This document shows positions 51,420 to 64,000 of a stretch of 64,000 bases of DNA, in pieces. How positions within the stretch are numbered: position 1 is the stretch's first letter; each line of letters begins with the position of its first letter. Made by a program: the position numbers and the translations under genes. The notes below the pieces were generated by a model. That model did not search any database. It was given only the letters and a program-made list of their open reading frames with translations, and was not told the origin of the DNA. This DNA is from Octopus bimaculoides (Eukaryota). The DNA is taken from the NCBI RefSeq assembly GCF_001194135.2, contig NC_068987.1:35330745-35394744 (forward strand). Reading direction: 5' to 3'.

Positions 51420-52680
51420 TAAACTATTAGAATCTCATATTCGACTCTCCCCAATATGAAATGCCTCGTATCTAAACAATAAAACCAGAATAAAAAAGCT
51501 TGATTAAGAGCAAATAATAATAATCACTCTAACCCCAATAATCCAAGAACTGATAACGGTAGTATCCAAATTAATAACAATTACCAAGTTATTATTCCTG
51601 CACCTATGGTCTCTAATCACCTGGTCAACAACGTAGATGTAACCGGTAGCATTTCCTTAAATAATAATTTTAGTATTGACAGCAACAGTGTCTATATTAA
51701 TAATAGTAACAATAACTATAATAGTAATAACTGAAACAGAAATTACTATAGTAATGATCCTGATAGTAATAACATTGTTGATAATGATAGTAATAGTGGT
51801 AATTGTAATGATAGCAACAGCGTTAGGCCCAATAATCCTATCCCAATATCGAATCACAATATACTAGATGGATCAGTAAGACTCAACACAGATTAGTGGC
51901 ACACCCCATAGTACTGCCGCGTTAAATGACGCTACTGCTACTAATAGAATAACTAGTTCCACCTCAAACAGTAACTACGACAATAATCGTACTAGCCACA
52001 ATACCAATATAATTGATAATAATATTGATATGGCTAATAGATCTAGCATCAGTATTAACGGCAGAAAAAAAATAGAGGTAGTGAAACTTTGAACAACGCC
52101 AATAGAGGTAACTATAATAATAGTAACGACAGTGTAGGCGTAGTTTCTAACTACCCTAGAAATAACCAAGATAACAATTCTATCAACTTTTACCATCCAC
52201 GTGCAAGTATCAGACGGCCTGGCAATTATAAATTTGGGTGCAATTGTGTAACAACAACAACATGTCTTTTACATGGTAACTGCCTAGCAAAAAACATAGT
52301 CTACTCTTCTGAAATAATTACGGAATCGAATACTCTCAGCTACCTTGGTTGTTCATTCGCTTGGAAATTTAGGTTCTATATCCATAGGTCATCATTTAGA
52401 CTCAAACATAAAGCAAATAACACTTCCTTATCACGTAATATACAGACGAAAATATTAACTTTAACCTTAGATGGTCCATAGATAGGCAGCGATTTATAAA
52501 AATAATAGAACTAATTGCCAGTTATGTTCCTTAGAACTCTTGAAAATCATTAGATTCACTGATAAGGACAAGCGAGTTAATAAAAGGTCGGAAATTCAAG
52601 ATTGGAAATTTAAAGATCGGAATTCAAACCAACTTGTACGCATAAATTGACTAAAACCTTTAAATACTGTAAGCCTTAAG
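51420..52680 (+). mobile_element. Penelope-like element C-terminal region (linker motif, expanded Asn-rich insert, GIY-YIG endonuclease)
   Basis: TIRISYSTLPNMKCLVSK (51423-51476); CNC....CLLHGNCLAKNIVY..YLG..WKFRFY.HRSSF..TSLS; C.LCSLE.L..; LNKRSEI. Confidence 0.8.
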
Positions 52681-54764
52681 TTTCCATTATCAATTTTAAT
52701 CCCTTCATGAGCTTCTCTCATTGGAAATTCCCTCATCTGCTCCATCCTGCCACTGTTCAGGCATTGAATTAACAAATCCTAGGCTTTCCCCTAACTACTT
52801 ACGTATTCGGTTTACTTTCGCCTAGCAGACGTATTAAACAACCCGAGGATTTTAGACTTATTTATAGAGAACATATCTAAATAATTTATTCATTGACTCT
52901 AAAATTTCGAATAACACTATCATACACGTAGGTTCTATTAGCTAACACTAATAACTTCAATAATGTTTATAACAATTTTATACTAGTAATCATTAGTGGA
53001 AAGGAATCTAGACTCTTTTAACTTCATATAACACTTCTTAAACAATTCAAATAGGAGTATAGTAGAAGTTGCCCGATGACATATAATTTACACAAGTAGA
53101 TAGACTTGAAATTTCTCCAATCACTATATTTTTCCGAATCAATATATTATTACTATTACTATAATTTTTCTTCGTACTTTATTTTTAACTTCCATCTTAA
53201 TTTTCATTTCATTTTTATTTATTTTTTACATTCTAACTTTACTTTTTACCCCTTCATTTCATTTTTACCTCATTGTAACCTATTATTATTTATCTTTTTA
53301 TGTATCTTATCATGTGTCTTTTATGTATTTTCAAATATATTTGATGGTTTTTGATATTTTTGATATTTTACAACATCTTTCTCATTTCACCGGTTAATTA
53401 TGGTAGTATTTTTTACTACTTCTAATGCTCTTCCACTATTAATGTTTTTTTTAATGATTCTTGTAAAACTCTATTCCTGTAGAACCTTATATCTCTATAT
53501 CAATTATTTCACTTGTGTGTCTTTGCTGCTCCCTTTTATCACTTATATTCATTTCTTTTCTTTTTAAATCATTTCCTTTATTGATCATCCCTCATTTCAA
53601 CTTGTTGTTACTTAACACCAAGTGTATTGGATTTGTCATAGACAGATCTAAAAAAACTTTTATTTTTAATTTTAAATATATGTAACTGAATCAATTGAGA
53701 ATAGTATATTAAATATAACTGTTACGTACTCAAAAACAAGATATAAGGTGTAATTTATGTGTGCATACATGGATGGACGTGCGTGCATGTATGCGGATAC
53801 TATAGATGTAGATATATCTGTAAGTGTGCTTAAGGATATGTGGGTATGTGAGTGTATGTATATGGTTATTAGGGTGTAACTGTAGATGTGTGTGAAGATG
53901 TATGTGTATATTCATGTATTTAGAGCTGCGCGAGATGAGGCGGACTTGTATACGCTCGAGCATGTTAGTGTACGCATCTGTAAGAGCACGCGCGTATACA
54001 CACATATACATATACTATGACTTCTAAGTAAATGTATGTTTCCATGTAATAGATACGTTTATAAAGCTAGAAATTGTTAGTGGTGTGTTTGTGTAAACTG
54101 ACCATTCATCACAGTGATATCAAATTACAACATTAATCTCTAATTCAACGAGTGGTCAAGCTAAGACATTATTTATGACCCCTACCATCTCATCCAAGCC
54201 AACATCCCGTTCTCAGCTCTATAGTATTTCATCTCTTTATCTCTTATTTTATGTTTTTGTTTCTTTTGTTATTTTATTCCAATTTTGCTAAATCTTATTT
54301 ATATGTGTATCTAAATTTATTATTGTTATTGTTACTTTTATTACTCTTCTTGTTACTTCTATTACTTTTATTTTATTTTTTACCTTTTATCTTTTCTTTC
54401 TATCTTATACACGCTAGATAAATATAAACTCATTCCAATCTATTTAACATTCACTCTATGTTAAATAGTGGTACAGTATGGGCAGATTTTTTTAAATCCA
54501 ACGAACCTTTATACAAATATACCTTTTCAAAGGGATGTGATAAACCTATTGTAATGGGCAATACTACGTGTACTTTTTTCTATTGTGATGTAATCTTTGG
54601 ACTAACAATGTTTGCGGCTGCGGAGAGCTTTACACCATCTTTTATATCAATAATATACCTATGCTGATGTAATAACAGATTGTTTATAAAGCTTGAAACA
54701 CGTGTACCGCGATATCCTTTGTGTTCGGTTTTTCATTTATGTTTGATATATTACATATATATAT

Positions 54765-54781
54765 ATATATACATATGCATA

Positions 54782-54862
<81 letters not shown>
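54765..54862 (+). repeat. (TA)n microsatellite
   Basis: Direct reading. Confidence 0.95.
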
Positions 54863-55599
54863 GTATGTGTGTGTTTGTTTGTTTATTCATATATAAGCGT
54901 GAGAGTGTACTGGTGTATGTAGAAGAATAACATGTATATGTACGTTTATATATATACAGATGTATGCATACAACTTATGTAATAAATACAGCCCTCTGGC
55001 CACATGCCTTTCTTCTGTCAGTTGATAATGGCTTAGTTTACGCTAGATACACGAACCATAAATGTGGGCTACCCTTTTTAAGTACGTTTAAGATTCTTAC
55101 CCCGTAGGTTTACGAACTTGATAACGCTTACTGAAACTGGAACACATTTCCACATGTTTACATGCTATCCCATCAGCAGAACGTCTTATTCAAATTAGCC
55201 TGTCTATTATTAGAATCGGCGATCTTAAAATTACCACACTCTCTTATGTATAGTTAGTACCAAATGCTTACCACTAATCAATAGGTCTACCACATCAGGA
55301 AGCGAAATAAGAATGAGAAATCAAGGATGTATCTTGAGTGTTACTTAATATTACTTTATTCGCCTTTGTAGTTCAAATACAGGCAACGGGTGACTTCGAC
55401 ATGTTTCTCTGAGCGGATTTGCACTGTAACGTTGAGTTAATGTAGAATTAGTGTTTCTTATATAATTTCTATCTTTATGTGTCAATTTATTTATTTCGTT
55501 GCGTGTGTTTCAGTTTGGTGGGTGTGTAATTTAGCGCTCTTATATCAATAATAATAAGATTGCATTATTAGTATTCTTTTCAACATTATTTATAGTTAT

Positions 55600-55601
55600 C
55601 C

Positions 55602-55671
<70 letters not shown>

Positions 55672-55675
55672 CATT
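55600..55675 (+). repeat. (ATT)n microsatellite
   Basis: Direct reading. Confidence 0.95.
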
Positions 55676-56308
55676 CAATTATCATCATATGTTTTCCCAA
55701 TCAGTTTTGATTCTCCAGTTTGACTTTTTGATGTGAAAATAGGGACAAATTCGACTCATTTTACAGCACGTAATTACAAAGCCGATTCATATGTCATATC
55801 TGATTCATGACTTAATTAGAGAGTTGTTTCAAGTAAACAGTAACGAATTTCATGTTCACCATTATATCAATCTATACTGTGCGCTTTTCTCTCTTGCATC
55901 TTTATGTCTCTCTAATTCAATAAACATTTGTACACATATGTGTCTGTGTGCGTGCGTGTGTGCGTATTAGTGCGTATCTGTTTGGAATAAGCAAAATTAT
56001 GAGTGTATGTTTGTATGTATGTGTATGTCTGTACAACATGTATCGCTCTTCTGATTATGTATTTGGAAACATTTGGAACTCATTGATTTAGGTTCATATA
56101 AAACCTAGGTGTTGCAGTATGTCTCTGATGCCTTGATTGGATGTTTATTATTCAATTAGATCTTAACTTGACTCGAGATTATGTTAGACTTTAATGATGT
56201 GTCTGAAAATCAAATGTTTGTGAAAGCTAACACATCCAGTTTATCTTCATGAGGAATGTTCGGGACCTACGTAGCATTGGATTGTTCATTATCTTGAGAC
56301 TGTAGGCC

Positions 56309-56580
56309 CATCATCATCATCGCCATCATCATCATCATCATCGTTTAACGTCAGCGTTCCATGCTAGCATGGGTTGGACGATTTCATTGAGGACTGGTGA
56401 AGCAGATGGCTACACCAGGTTCCAATCTGATTTGGCAGTGTTTCTACAGCTGGATGGCCTTCCTAATGTCAACCCCTCCGAGAGTGTAGTAGGTGCTTTT
56501 ACGTGCCACCAGCACGAATTCCAATCAGGCAGTACTGGCAACGGCCACGCTCAAAATGGTGTATTTTACGTGCCAGTTCC
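56309..56580 (-). mobile_element. SINE with RTE-type 3' tail and (GAT)n end
   Basis: (CAT)n-CGTTTAACGTC..CCATGCTAGCATGGGTTGGACG..TTTCTACAGCTGGATG.CCTTCCTAATG.CAACC; internal direct repeat TTTTACGTGCCA twice. Confidence 0.75.
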
Positions 56581-57990
56581 TTACATGTTTATTTCGTCTG
56601 ATTTTTAGTTGATCCACTCCTAAATATCAAGAAGTCCCTCATTAATTCTATAGTAAGATTTTTGTTTATAAAATATGTAAAATACGACAGTTATTCATAT
56701 CATAATATTAGGGCAACAGAAACGAAATAACTGTTATACTTAGAGGCACAATGAGGCGTTAGAAACATATAACATCATCATTTTTAGTTGAAATGCATTA
56801 TCGCATCATTCGTAATATTTTTGAGTACTTGCATGACATTTAAACTATTTATCTAAAGTGTTTAACAGTAAAAACAATTCAAGTCAGCGTAACATTTCTG
56901 TTCCATTTTAGGGACATTTTTATTCGATATCAAAATTCGATTATCGATTTTGCTAACGAAATACATTTTACCTACACATGCCCGAGCATGGTCGCCACAT
57001 TAATGTTACAGGATCTATCCTGTGACGGATGAACTGGAGAGATATTTGCAACGGAGGAAACACATTTATTTGACAGTGTGTCTCACATACAGGCAATGAG
57101 TATGGCTCTATGAGGAGAACGGCCAGTTAGAAATGATTGTGCCAAATATTTCTCAGACCATTCTTAAACACTATATACTTTAAAAGCACAAAACATGCCG
57201 TTCTGGAAGCATTGTTGGGACGAAATAACATATGATCCTATCAGAAATAACGTTGACTGCGAGTAGGTTAACTTAAAGCTAGTATGAGTTAAAAAACGAA
57301 AATGATACAAACACGTTAAGTAGTTCCACTTATTTTGATAAAGCTATGAACTAAACATAATCTTAGAAATATCCTATATCAAACACGATGTTTCAGTGGG
57401 TATTATCTCTGCTTACGTGATATATATGCGCGCAGTTTATGCAATGGTATACTTACAGATATAACATTGTTGTGATTGTCTTCGCTTCTCTACTCAAAAT
57501 CGCTGTTTATTCTATTTAGAATATCTCAGATTGCAAGATCAGATTCTATGGCATTGATTTACCATTAACGTGAATACTGCTGAATATCCCCCTGAAGCAA
57601 AATGTCAGAATGTTTAAGTTTCATAGTTTTTATACACACACCAAACACACTCAATTTCGTGAACGACACACATACACACACACACATATTAATATAAACA
57701 CAAACGCATGTGTACAAGTCTACGTATGAATGCGTTTACGTGTTTTTTTCCGTTTGTTAGGAGTTTCTGCATGTGTATATAGAGACACGTATATAAATAG
57801 AGGAAAACATGATTAACGGCAGAAAATTTACAGGAGCCACTCGTATAGATGTGATAGGAATAAAGAAATACACGAAACATGTATAGAAAAAAAACAAGCC
57901 AGAGCATTGAGAGAAATCCTACATTGTATCTATTTAATGCTGCAGGCTTTGGCATATTTGTTAATGAATATATAAAAATAATTTTTCAAT

Positions 57991-58186
57991 ATTCTTTTCT
58001 ACTCTAGGCACAATTTTAGGAGAGGGGGCCAGTCGATTAAATCCTCACCAGTACGCAACTGGTGCTTAATCGACTCCGAAAGGTTAAGTCGACCTCGGCG
58101 GAATTTGAACTCAGTACATAAAAACAGAGGAAATATTGCTAAGCATTTCGCCCAGCGTGCTAACGTCTCTGCCAGCTCACTGTCTT
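57991..58186 (-). mobile_element. tRNA-derived SINE (AAGGCGGCGAGCTGGCAGAA.. family)
   Basis: Reverse complement of the copies at 60825 and 62564. Confidence 0.8.
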
Positions 58187-58969
58187 CGTAATATTAATAC
58201 ACAAATACACACGCGCGTGCGCATACACACACACAGACAAACACTCGAACAAACACATGCGGACAACCACCAGTAGAAATATAAGCAGACGAAAAGCACT
58301 TATAACTATATATCAATATGATATATAATAAACGTCCATGTGTGTTGCAAATCAATTTAGTTTTGTAAAATATGCTGTAGAGACCAATATATAAATGATG
58401 CTATATAGCATATGTGATTTGTGTTGTTAAATGCATTAATGATAATTGATTGATACTAATAGCTGTCATTAAATCAACGCTAATGTTATAAGAGTCATTT
58501 GTACACATATGGTGTTTTGTTATCTTGATCATAACTGCAATCAAAATGCATACTCGATTGAAAACTGAGTTAATTCGCCCATATAAGTAGCGTATAGTAA
58601 AAAGTGCATGGTCAGTCAGTGCTGTAGGTAGTTGTTAAAATCGACGGAGTGCCCATTGTCTAAAATGTTTAAGACTCAACCGAATTAGGAAAACAAAGCT
58701 GAAAAGGTGCCAATAGTATGAAAGAATTATGTGAAAATAGCGGGAAGTCTTTTTCAATTGTTTTCTTTTGTGAACTTGAAAAAGTCCATATACAAATTAA
58801 CCCCGCTGGTCGACCGATGGGTAGGGACACACACACATACACACTTCAAACTTTTATGAGTTTATACAATGAATAGAATTTGATATGTGCCAACACAGAA
58901 AACTCTCAGACCTTAAGTCACTCTGATTTTTGTGCTAAATATTAATATATAAATATATATATGTGCGCG

Positions 58970-59022
<53 letters not shown>

Positions 59023-59260
59023 TGTGTGAAGGCACGAAGCTTAGTAGTAGTTGGACCGACAGGCTTACAATCGTGTGGTTGTGGCTTCGATCTCAGGATT
59101 GGGCTGTGTTGTTTTTTGAGGAAGACTTTTTATTTATATACCATACATACACGTATTGTATAACAACATACACACATTCATGTACTTTCATACAAAACTT
59201 GACTCGTCAGTCGTAGACGCACATGCATCCCATATTTAGCCAAAGTAACTTCTGTCTCAC

Positions 59261-59577
59261 GTGGAGGCGCAATGGCCCAGTGGTTAGGGCAGCGGACTCG
59301 TGGTCGGAGGATCGCAGTTTTGATTCCCGGACCGGGGGTTGTGTGTGTTTATTGAGCAAAAACACCTAAAGCTCCACGAGGCTCCGTCAGGGTTTTGAGG
59401 CGACCACTGTTGTACTCTTTCGACCCAACTTTCACTCTTTCTTCCTGTTTCTTGAGTAAAGATGCGATGGACTGGCGTCCCGTCCGGCTGGGGAAGAACA
59501 CATACGCCATAGAAACCAGAAAACTGGGCCCATGAGCCTGGCTAGGTTTTAAAAAAGGGCGCATAAATAAAATAAAA
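59261..59577 (+). mobile_element. tRNA-headed SINE with V-domain-like core
   Basis: A box TGGCCCAGTGG, degenerate B box, TGCGATGGACTGGCGTCCCGTCC block, A-rich tail; flanks AACTTCTGTCTCA / AACTTATGCCTCA resemble a TSD. Confidence 0.75.
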
Positions 59578-60824
59578 GAACTTATGCCTCATAGTTGTCA
59601 CACATATTTCCATCTCTAGACATGAATGTTGAACACCCATAGGATATGATTACAATTCATTAAGTAATGCCTTTGCAAAAATCAACTGACGTATCATCTC
59701 AGTATTAAACTTATGTGAATCCATTATAAACGAATAAATATGTTTTCTTTACTGCTTTTCTCAGCTTCGTTTTTCTTCTCTTTCTTTTTTTTTTTTCTAG
59801 ACGAAAAGTCATACTTCGAAAAATCCATCTCTACTTCTATCTCACCCTACATAATGTTTTATACAGTCATTTTTACGGTGTTTTATTTGCTTTCAAACGA
59901 CATTCATTATCCTCCCTTGATCTCTTTGGATATTACTCGCTCAGTCGATGTAAGCACACAATTAGATTTTTATTTTACATTAACATAATTCATAGAGATA
60001 AATAGATTACAGACAGAGGCTCATACATAGATAGAAACACACACAGACAACTACATAAGAACACCTCAATATACATAGGTAAAACAAAATTTCATACATG
60101 TCTCTGTATATGCTTTCTTTTAAAGCTGATATTTCGTACCCACCCTCCAATAATTCTTAGTATATGAACTACAGGTAGTATATATTATAGAAAATGGTTC
60201 ACAAGTAATTTTAAAGTTCTGCTTTCATTTATTACTGTTTTGCTTTGTTTTGTTTGTTATATGTTCAGGACTGTCCATCAACAGTCATTCTCACGTGTTC
60301 TATTTTATGCAGTACGTGTATTCATTTACTCAATGAATAGCGTTTAATAAAATTAATTGCAGCATCGTAATTTATTTTTTCATCCTCATGAACAGTTTCT
60401 GCGTAGGTATTAAAATTGGAGTGTAATATTGTGAAATTATTGATTGATTATTTTATTTTAAAATTAAGTTCATGCTCAGTAGACTTATGTTTACTTTCAT
60501 CTCCGTGCATGCAATTACGTACATTAGTATGCGTGTCATATAGCAACAGATGATTAAGATATTAATTAGCTTGTGATATAACAGCCGCAAATATATAACA
60601 CACAGTGTTTTGGTGCATTCATTCTATTTATGCTTTACTTTTACAATCCGGATGCGTGCCTTAGGTTTTAATTTAGGCCAAAATTATATTTAGCAATTTG
60701 GTTGCTGATTTGCTACATTTGTGTACATGTTGAAGTTATATTTACGATTTTATTTAATATATAAAAATAATACAGAATTAATCTGGTGTTTATTTCAGAA
60801 CTCTCAATAATATTTACCGAGAAA

Positions 60825-61039
60825 AAGGCGGTGAGCTGGCAGAATCGTTAGTAGGCCGGGCAAAAGACTTAGCGGCATCTGCACAGTCTTCACTTTCTGA
60901 GGTCAAATTTGGTGGAGGTCAACTTTAAATTTTATCTTTACGGGTCGATAAAATAAGTACTAGAAGAACAATGGGGTCGATGTAATTAACTATCCTCTTC
61001 TCCTCATATTACTGGCCTTGTGCTAAAATTAAAAATCAG
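60825..61039 (+). mobile_element. tRNA-derived SINE with perfect 14-bp TSD
   Basis: TATTTACCGAGAAA at 60811-60824 and 61040-61053. Confidence 0.88.
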
Positions 61040-62563
61040 TATTTACCGAGAAAGACCCTCGATTCAAAGTAGTTTACTATAAAAACATAATTATTAGTTA
61101 ATTAATGAGAAGCCTTGTACAAGCATTGCAAAAGAAAAGGTGTGTCAATAGACCATGACACAAACTGAATATACCTTCGCTCATACGCATTCAATAGTCG
61201 AGAGCTGGGGAATTTCAGTGATTTTACATTTATTATTAATCAGAAAAGTCAGTTGATCCAAGACGAATACCTGATAGACAGAATTGAATCCTGCAGTGGG
61301 GACATAGAATGAATGCTTGTAACTAAATGCACTTAAGCTAGATTAACGCCTGGTCGGGGTTTGAACTACGTAGCGGATTAAATCCAACCCTGAAAAAATA
61401 ATTTGTCGCAAATGAGAACAAAGAATTCTGAATTATCGAAAGAGCATGTCTCTAAATATAATTCTCAGCCCTCACATATCTAAAACAAGGCAACACAGAA
61501 TTTCTGAACTTATTCAAACTAATTTCTATTCAATAAAGTATGACACACTCTGGATATCTCAATAATTCTAATTGCTTTTGTAATAATAATTTCCATAGGC
61601 CTATAAGATGTCTCGTAGTCTAGGAAAGCCTTTTCTACAAATTCATACAGAACAACCGGTGCAAACAATTTCTTTATGGCGAAGAAATGTATACAACGTA
61701 TATTTGCTCAGTTTCGCCATCACCTTGACATTCCCTATTAAGGTGTACGGTGTATGACTCGTTAGGAATTGAAACCACGGTCACTCGATCGCGAGTGCAC
61801 ATGCTAACCACTAGCATATGCACCCTCACACCCTCATTTATATATATTATATGCACAAGCCCATCACACATACAGAAAAAACCCACACATACAGAAATAC
61901 ATGCACACTGGTGCGTGTGTGGGTATGCGGGTGCATATATGTATTATGCCTGAAACTCGATGTGTAGTGAAATTAATGAATAATATATCCTACATAGGTC
62001 ATTATAGGTCTCGCATTTAATGTTCGTGTGTAGAGATGGATAGTTTGAGAGATAATAGATAGATAGATTGAGAAGCACGAATGTACTGTTTTCTAATAAA
62101 CATGTTAATGGTATGCTGTTCAATAAGTCATTAGGCTGCTTCATCGATCCACGCATAGAACACATGCATATAAAAACCTTCTTTTACTAATTGCACTTCA
62201 CACCAAATGAGTTTACACCTGCTTATTTCAACTAATTTCTTTGTCAAATGACCTTAAGATCAATACGGTTTCTCATTCCGGAGCTGGTGCAGACAACTGC
62301 TATTATATTTTTACTCTATGTAATGAAATACAGGGGGTTATTTTGCTTTTACTGGTAACCCTACAATTTATTAAAGTTTTTTCCCCACCGTCGCTTCTTA
62401 TTATTGTGCATTTCTGAAATAATTTATTTATTGCTTCATATTTTTTAGATAAACATTTTTTGTTTTTCTTTTACTTCCCCCTTTTTTACCCTCCTCCTGT
62501 TCTTCCATTCGCTTATAAATATGATAATAATGCACACCATGTTATTATTGTTGTTGTTGGTGC

Positions 62564-62995
62564 TAAGGCGGCGAGCTCGCTCAATCGTTACCACGCCAAG
62601 CGAAATGTTTAGCGGCATTTCGTCCGTTTTACTTTTTCAGTTCAAATTCCGCCGAGGCCGTCTTTGCATTTCAACATTTCGGGGTCGATAAAATAAGTGC
62701 CAATTGAGTTATCGATTTACCCTTCCCCCGAAATTGTTGTCTTTGTACCAACATTTTAAAGCATTATTATCTTTGCGTTTGTTATTGTTGTTGTTGTTAC
62801 TACTATTGCGGAAGTGAGCTGACAGAATTGTTAGCATATCGGACAAAATACTTAACTATATTTCGTCCGTTTTATGTTGTAATTTCAAATGCCGCCGAGG
62901 TCGACTCTGACTTTCATTATTTCGGGATCGATAAAATAAATACCAGCTGAGCAGTAAAGTCGAGGTAATCGATTTACCTCCCTCCCCATCGACGT
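62564..62995 (+). mobile_element. Two tandem copies of the same SINE (62564-62765 and 62807-62995)
   Basis: Each has GAGCT.GC..AAT..TTAGC..AATTCCGCCGAGG..CTTT..TTTCGGG.TCGATAAAATAA.TACCA; separated by (GTT/ATT)n. Confidence 0.8.
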
Positions 62996-63630
62996 GTGCC
63001 AAAACAATCGAAGATGTCTTCTAGAGGGTTAGGGGTTAGCGATGATGGCCTAGAATTGACTCTTGGCATCGAAGAGAAACACTAAGTAGTTTCCTCGGGA
63101 GAATCTTCAGGTCGAAGATCATCTCCAAATGTCTTTGGCATGGTTGTGCTACTAGGGGCAGTGTTTGTTCGAGAAAGCTCTTCAGTCATAGATGTCTCAA
63201 CTTCCCGAGATGCATGTAGGGGTATGAAAATGTCCGGCATGCAATAATTCAGTGTCCTTGCATCAGAGATGTGGGATTGTTTGGAGCAACTGCTGCCTCG
63301 CTTAAGACGAAGTCAGCTGTCTGCTGAGGGTATAGTGATGATCGGCGCACCATTTTTCCCTAGCAGAGAAGGAAGGTAGATCTTTCTTTGGATAGCGATT
63401 GTTGCAAAAGAGGCTGTGATGGACCCGTGTGAATGGTTTGAAGACAGGCACTTTTCTATCTGGCCTATCTCACATAATTTTTTTTCAAATATCATTGCAA
63501 GAGGAAGGTGAGGGTAGAGAGGGAGGTGCTGCACTCTAATGCGTTTATCAAGAGGTGATCGATAGTAACAACACTGGCGAGAACGAATAGGCCGCTTCTG
63601 AGTATGCTTTTCTAAGCAGGAAGAAAGAAC
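62996..63630 (-). mobile_element. Probable LINE ORF1 (gag-like) remnant
   Basis: Minus frame has only 2 stops over about 210 codons: RIRVQHLPLY..KLCEIGQI..RKIYLPSLL, then the degenerate knuckle GSSCSKQSHISDAR (CX2CX4HX4C-like) and an S/T/P-rich linker. Confidence 0.45.
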
Positions 63631-63807
63631 ATTATTTACATTACTTACATTTGATGGATATTTGTTCTCATCTTGTTTGTTGTTAACACAACGTTTCGAC
63701 TGATATACTTCCCAGCCTTCATCAGGTGTCCTGGGTAAATTTCGAACCTGGGTTCTCATTCCTAGGTTACATTTCGATGTTATTGATGTTGTTGTTGCTG
63801 TTGCTGC

Positions 63808-63857
<50 letters not shown>

Positions 63858-63862
63858 GTTCA
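63631..63862 (-). mobile_element. Hammerhead-bearing short element (copy 4), single arm without the tRNA head
   Basis: Minus strand gacac-CTGATGA-a-ggctg..cagtc-GAA-ACGT-T-gtgtt at 63685-63732; same tail as copies 1-3. Confidence 0.85.
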
Positions 63863-64000
63863 GTAGTTTTATTTTTATAACGTGCTTTCACTTCACTACC
63901 GAGCGCAGCTCTGTGCGCCTTGGGTATGTGCTGTGGTTTGCTGCGGTGCTCTTATGTTTACTCTATTGAAAGTGTTTTGCGTAGAATGTGTGCAGTACCC

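Noticed and set aside
53066-53118. CCGATGA..GAAA downstream of the second PLE fragment
   Set aside because: The position fits a pLTR, but the helices cannot be drawn.

Overview
Eukaryotic, AT-rich, gapped scaffold window (13 N-runs, most flanked by (TA)n or (CA)n/(TG)n) dominated by microsatellites, SINEs and decayed transposons. The repeat landscape looks like a coleoid cephalopod (Octopus-type) genome; this is an inference from the repeat families, not a database result. No intact prokaryote-style genes, rRNA, true tRNA or CRISPR arrays. Recognisable relics: R4/Dong-clade non-LTR elements (1-4750, 28860-29420), a HERO-clade element (25105-28090), a CR1/L2-type RT fragment, two Penelope-like (PLE) GIY-YIG fragments, a Gypsy integrase sliver, a maT-type Tc1/mariner, a mariner MITE, a Helitron with PIF1 helicase fragment, a LINE ORF1 remnant and several SINE families. 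The most interesting structure is a tRNA-headed short element carrying a minimal type I hammerhead ribozyme with a palindromic helix III (PLE-type). It occurs at four loci, three of them head-to-head inverted composites flanked by degenerate 12-13 bp target-site duplications. A second hammerhead sits downstream of a Neptune-type PLE endonuclease, and a third, degenerate one marks the junction of a 325-bp direct repeat. A tentative phase-compatible chain of four minus-strand exons (32.5 kb to 14.4 kb) may encode a death-domain-like protein; confidence is low. All family assignments come from recalled protein motifs, not from searches.
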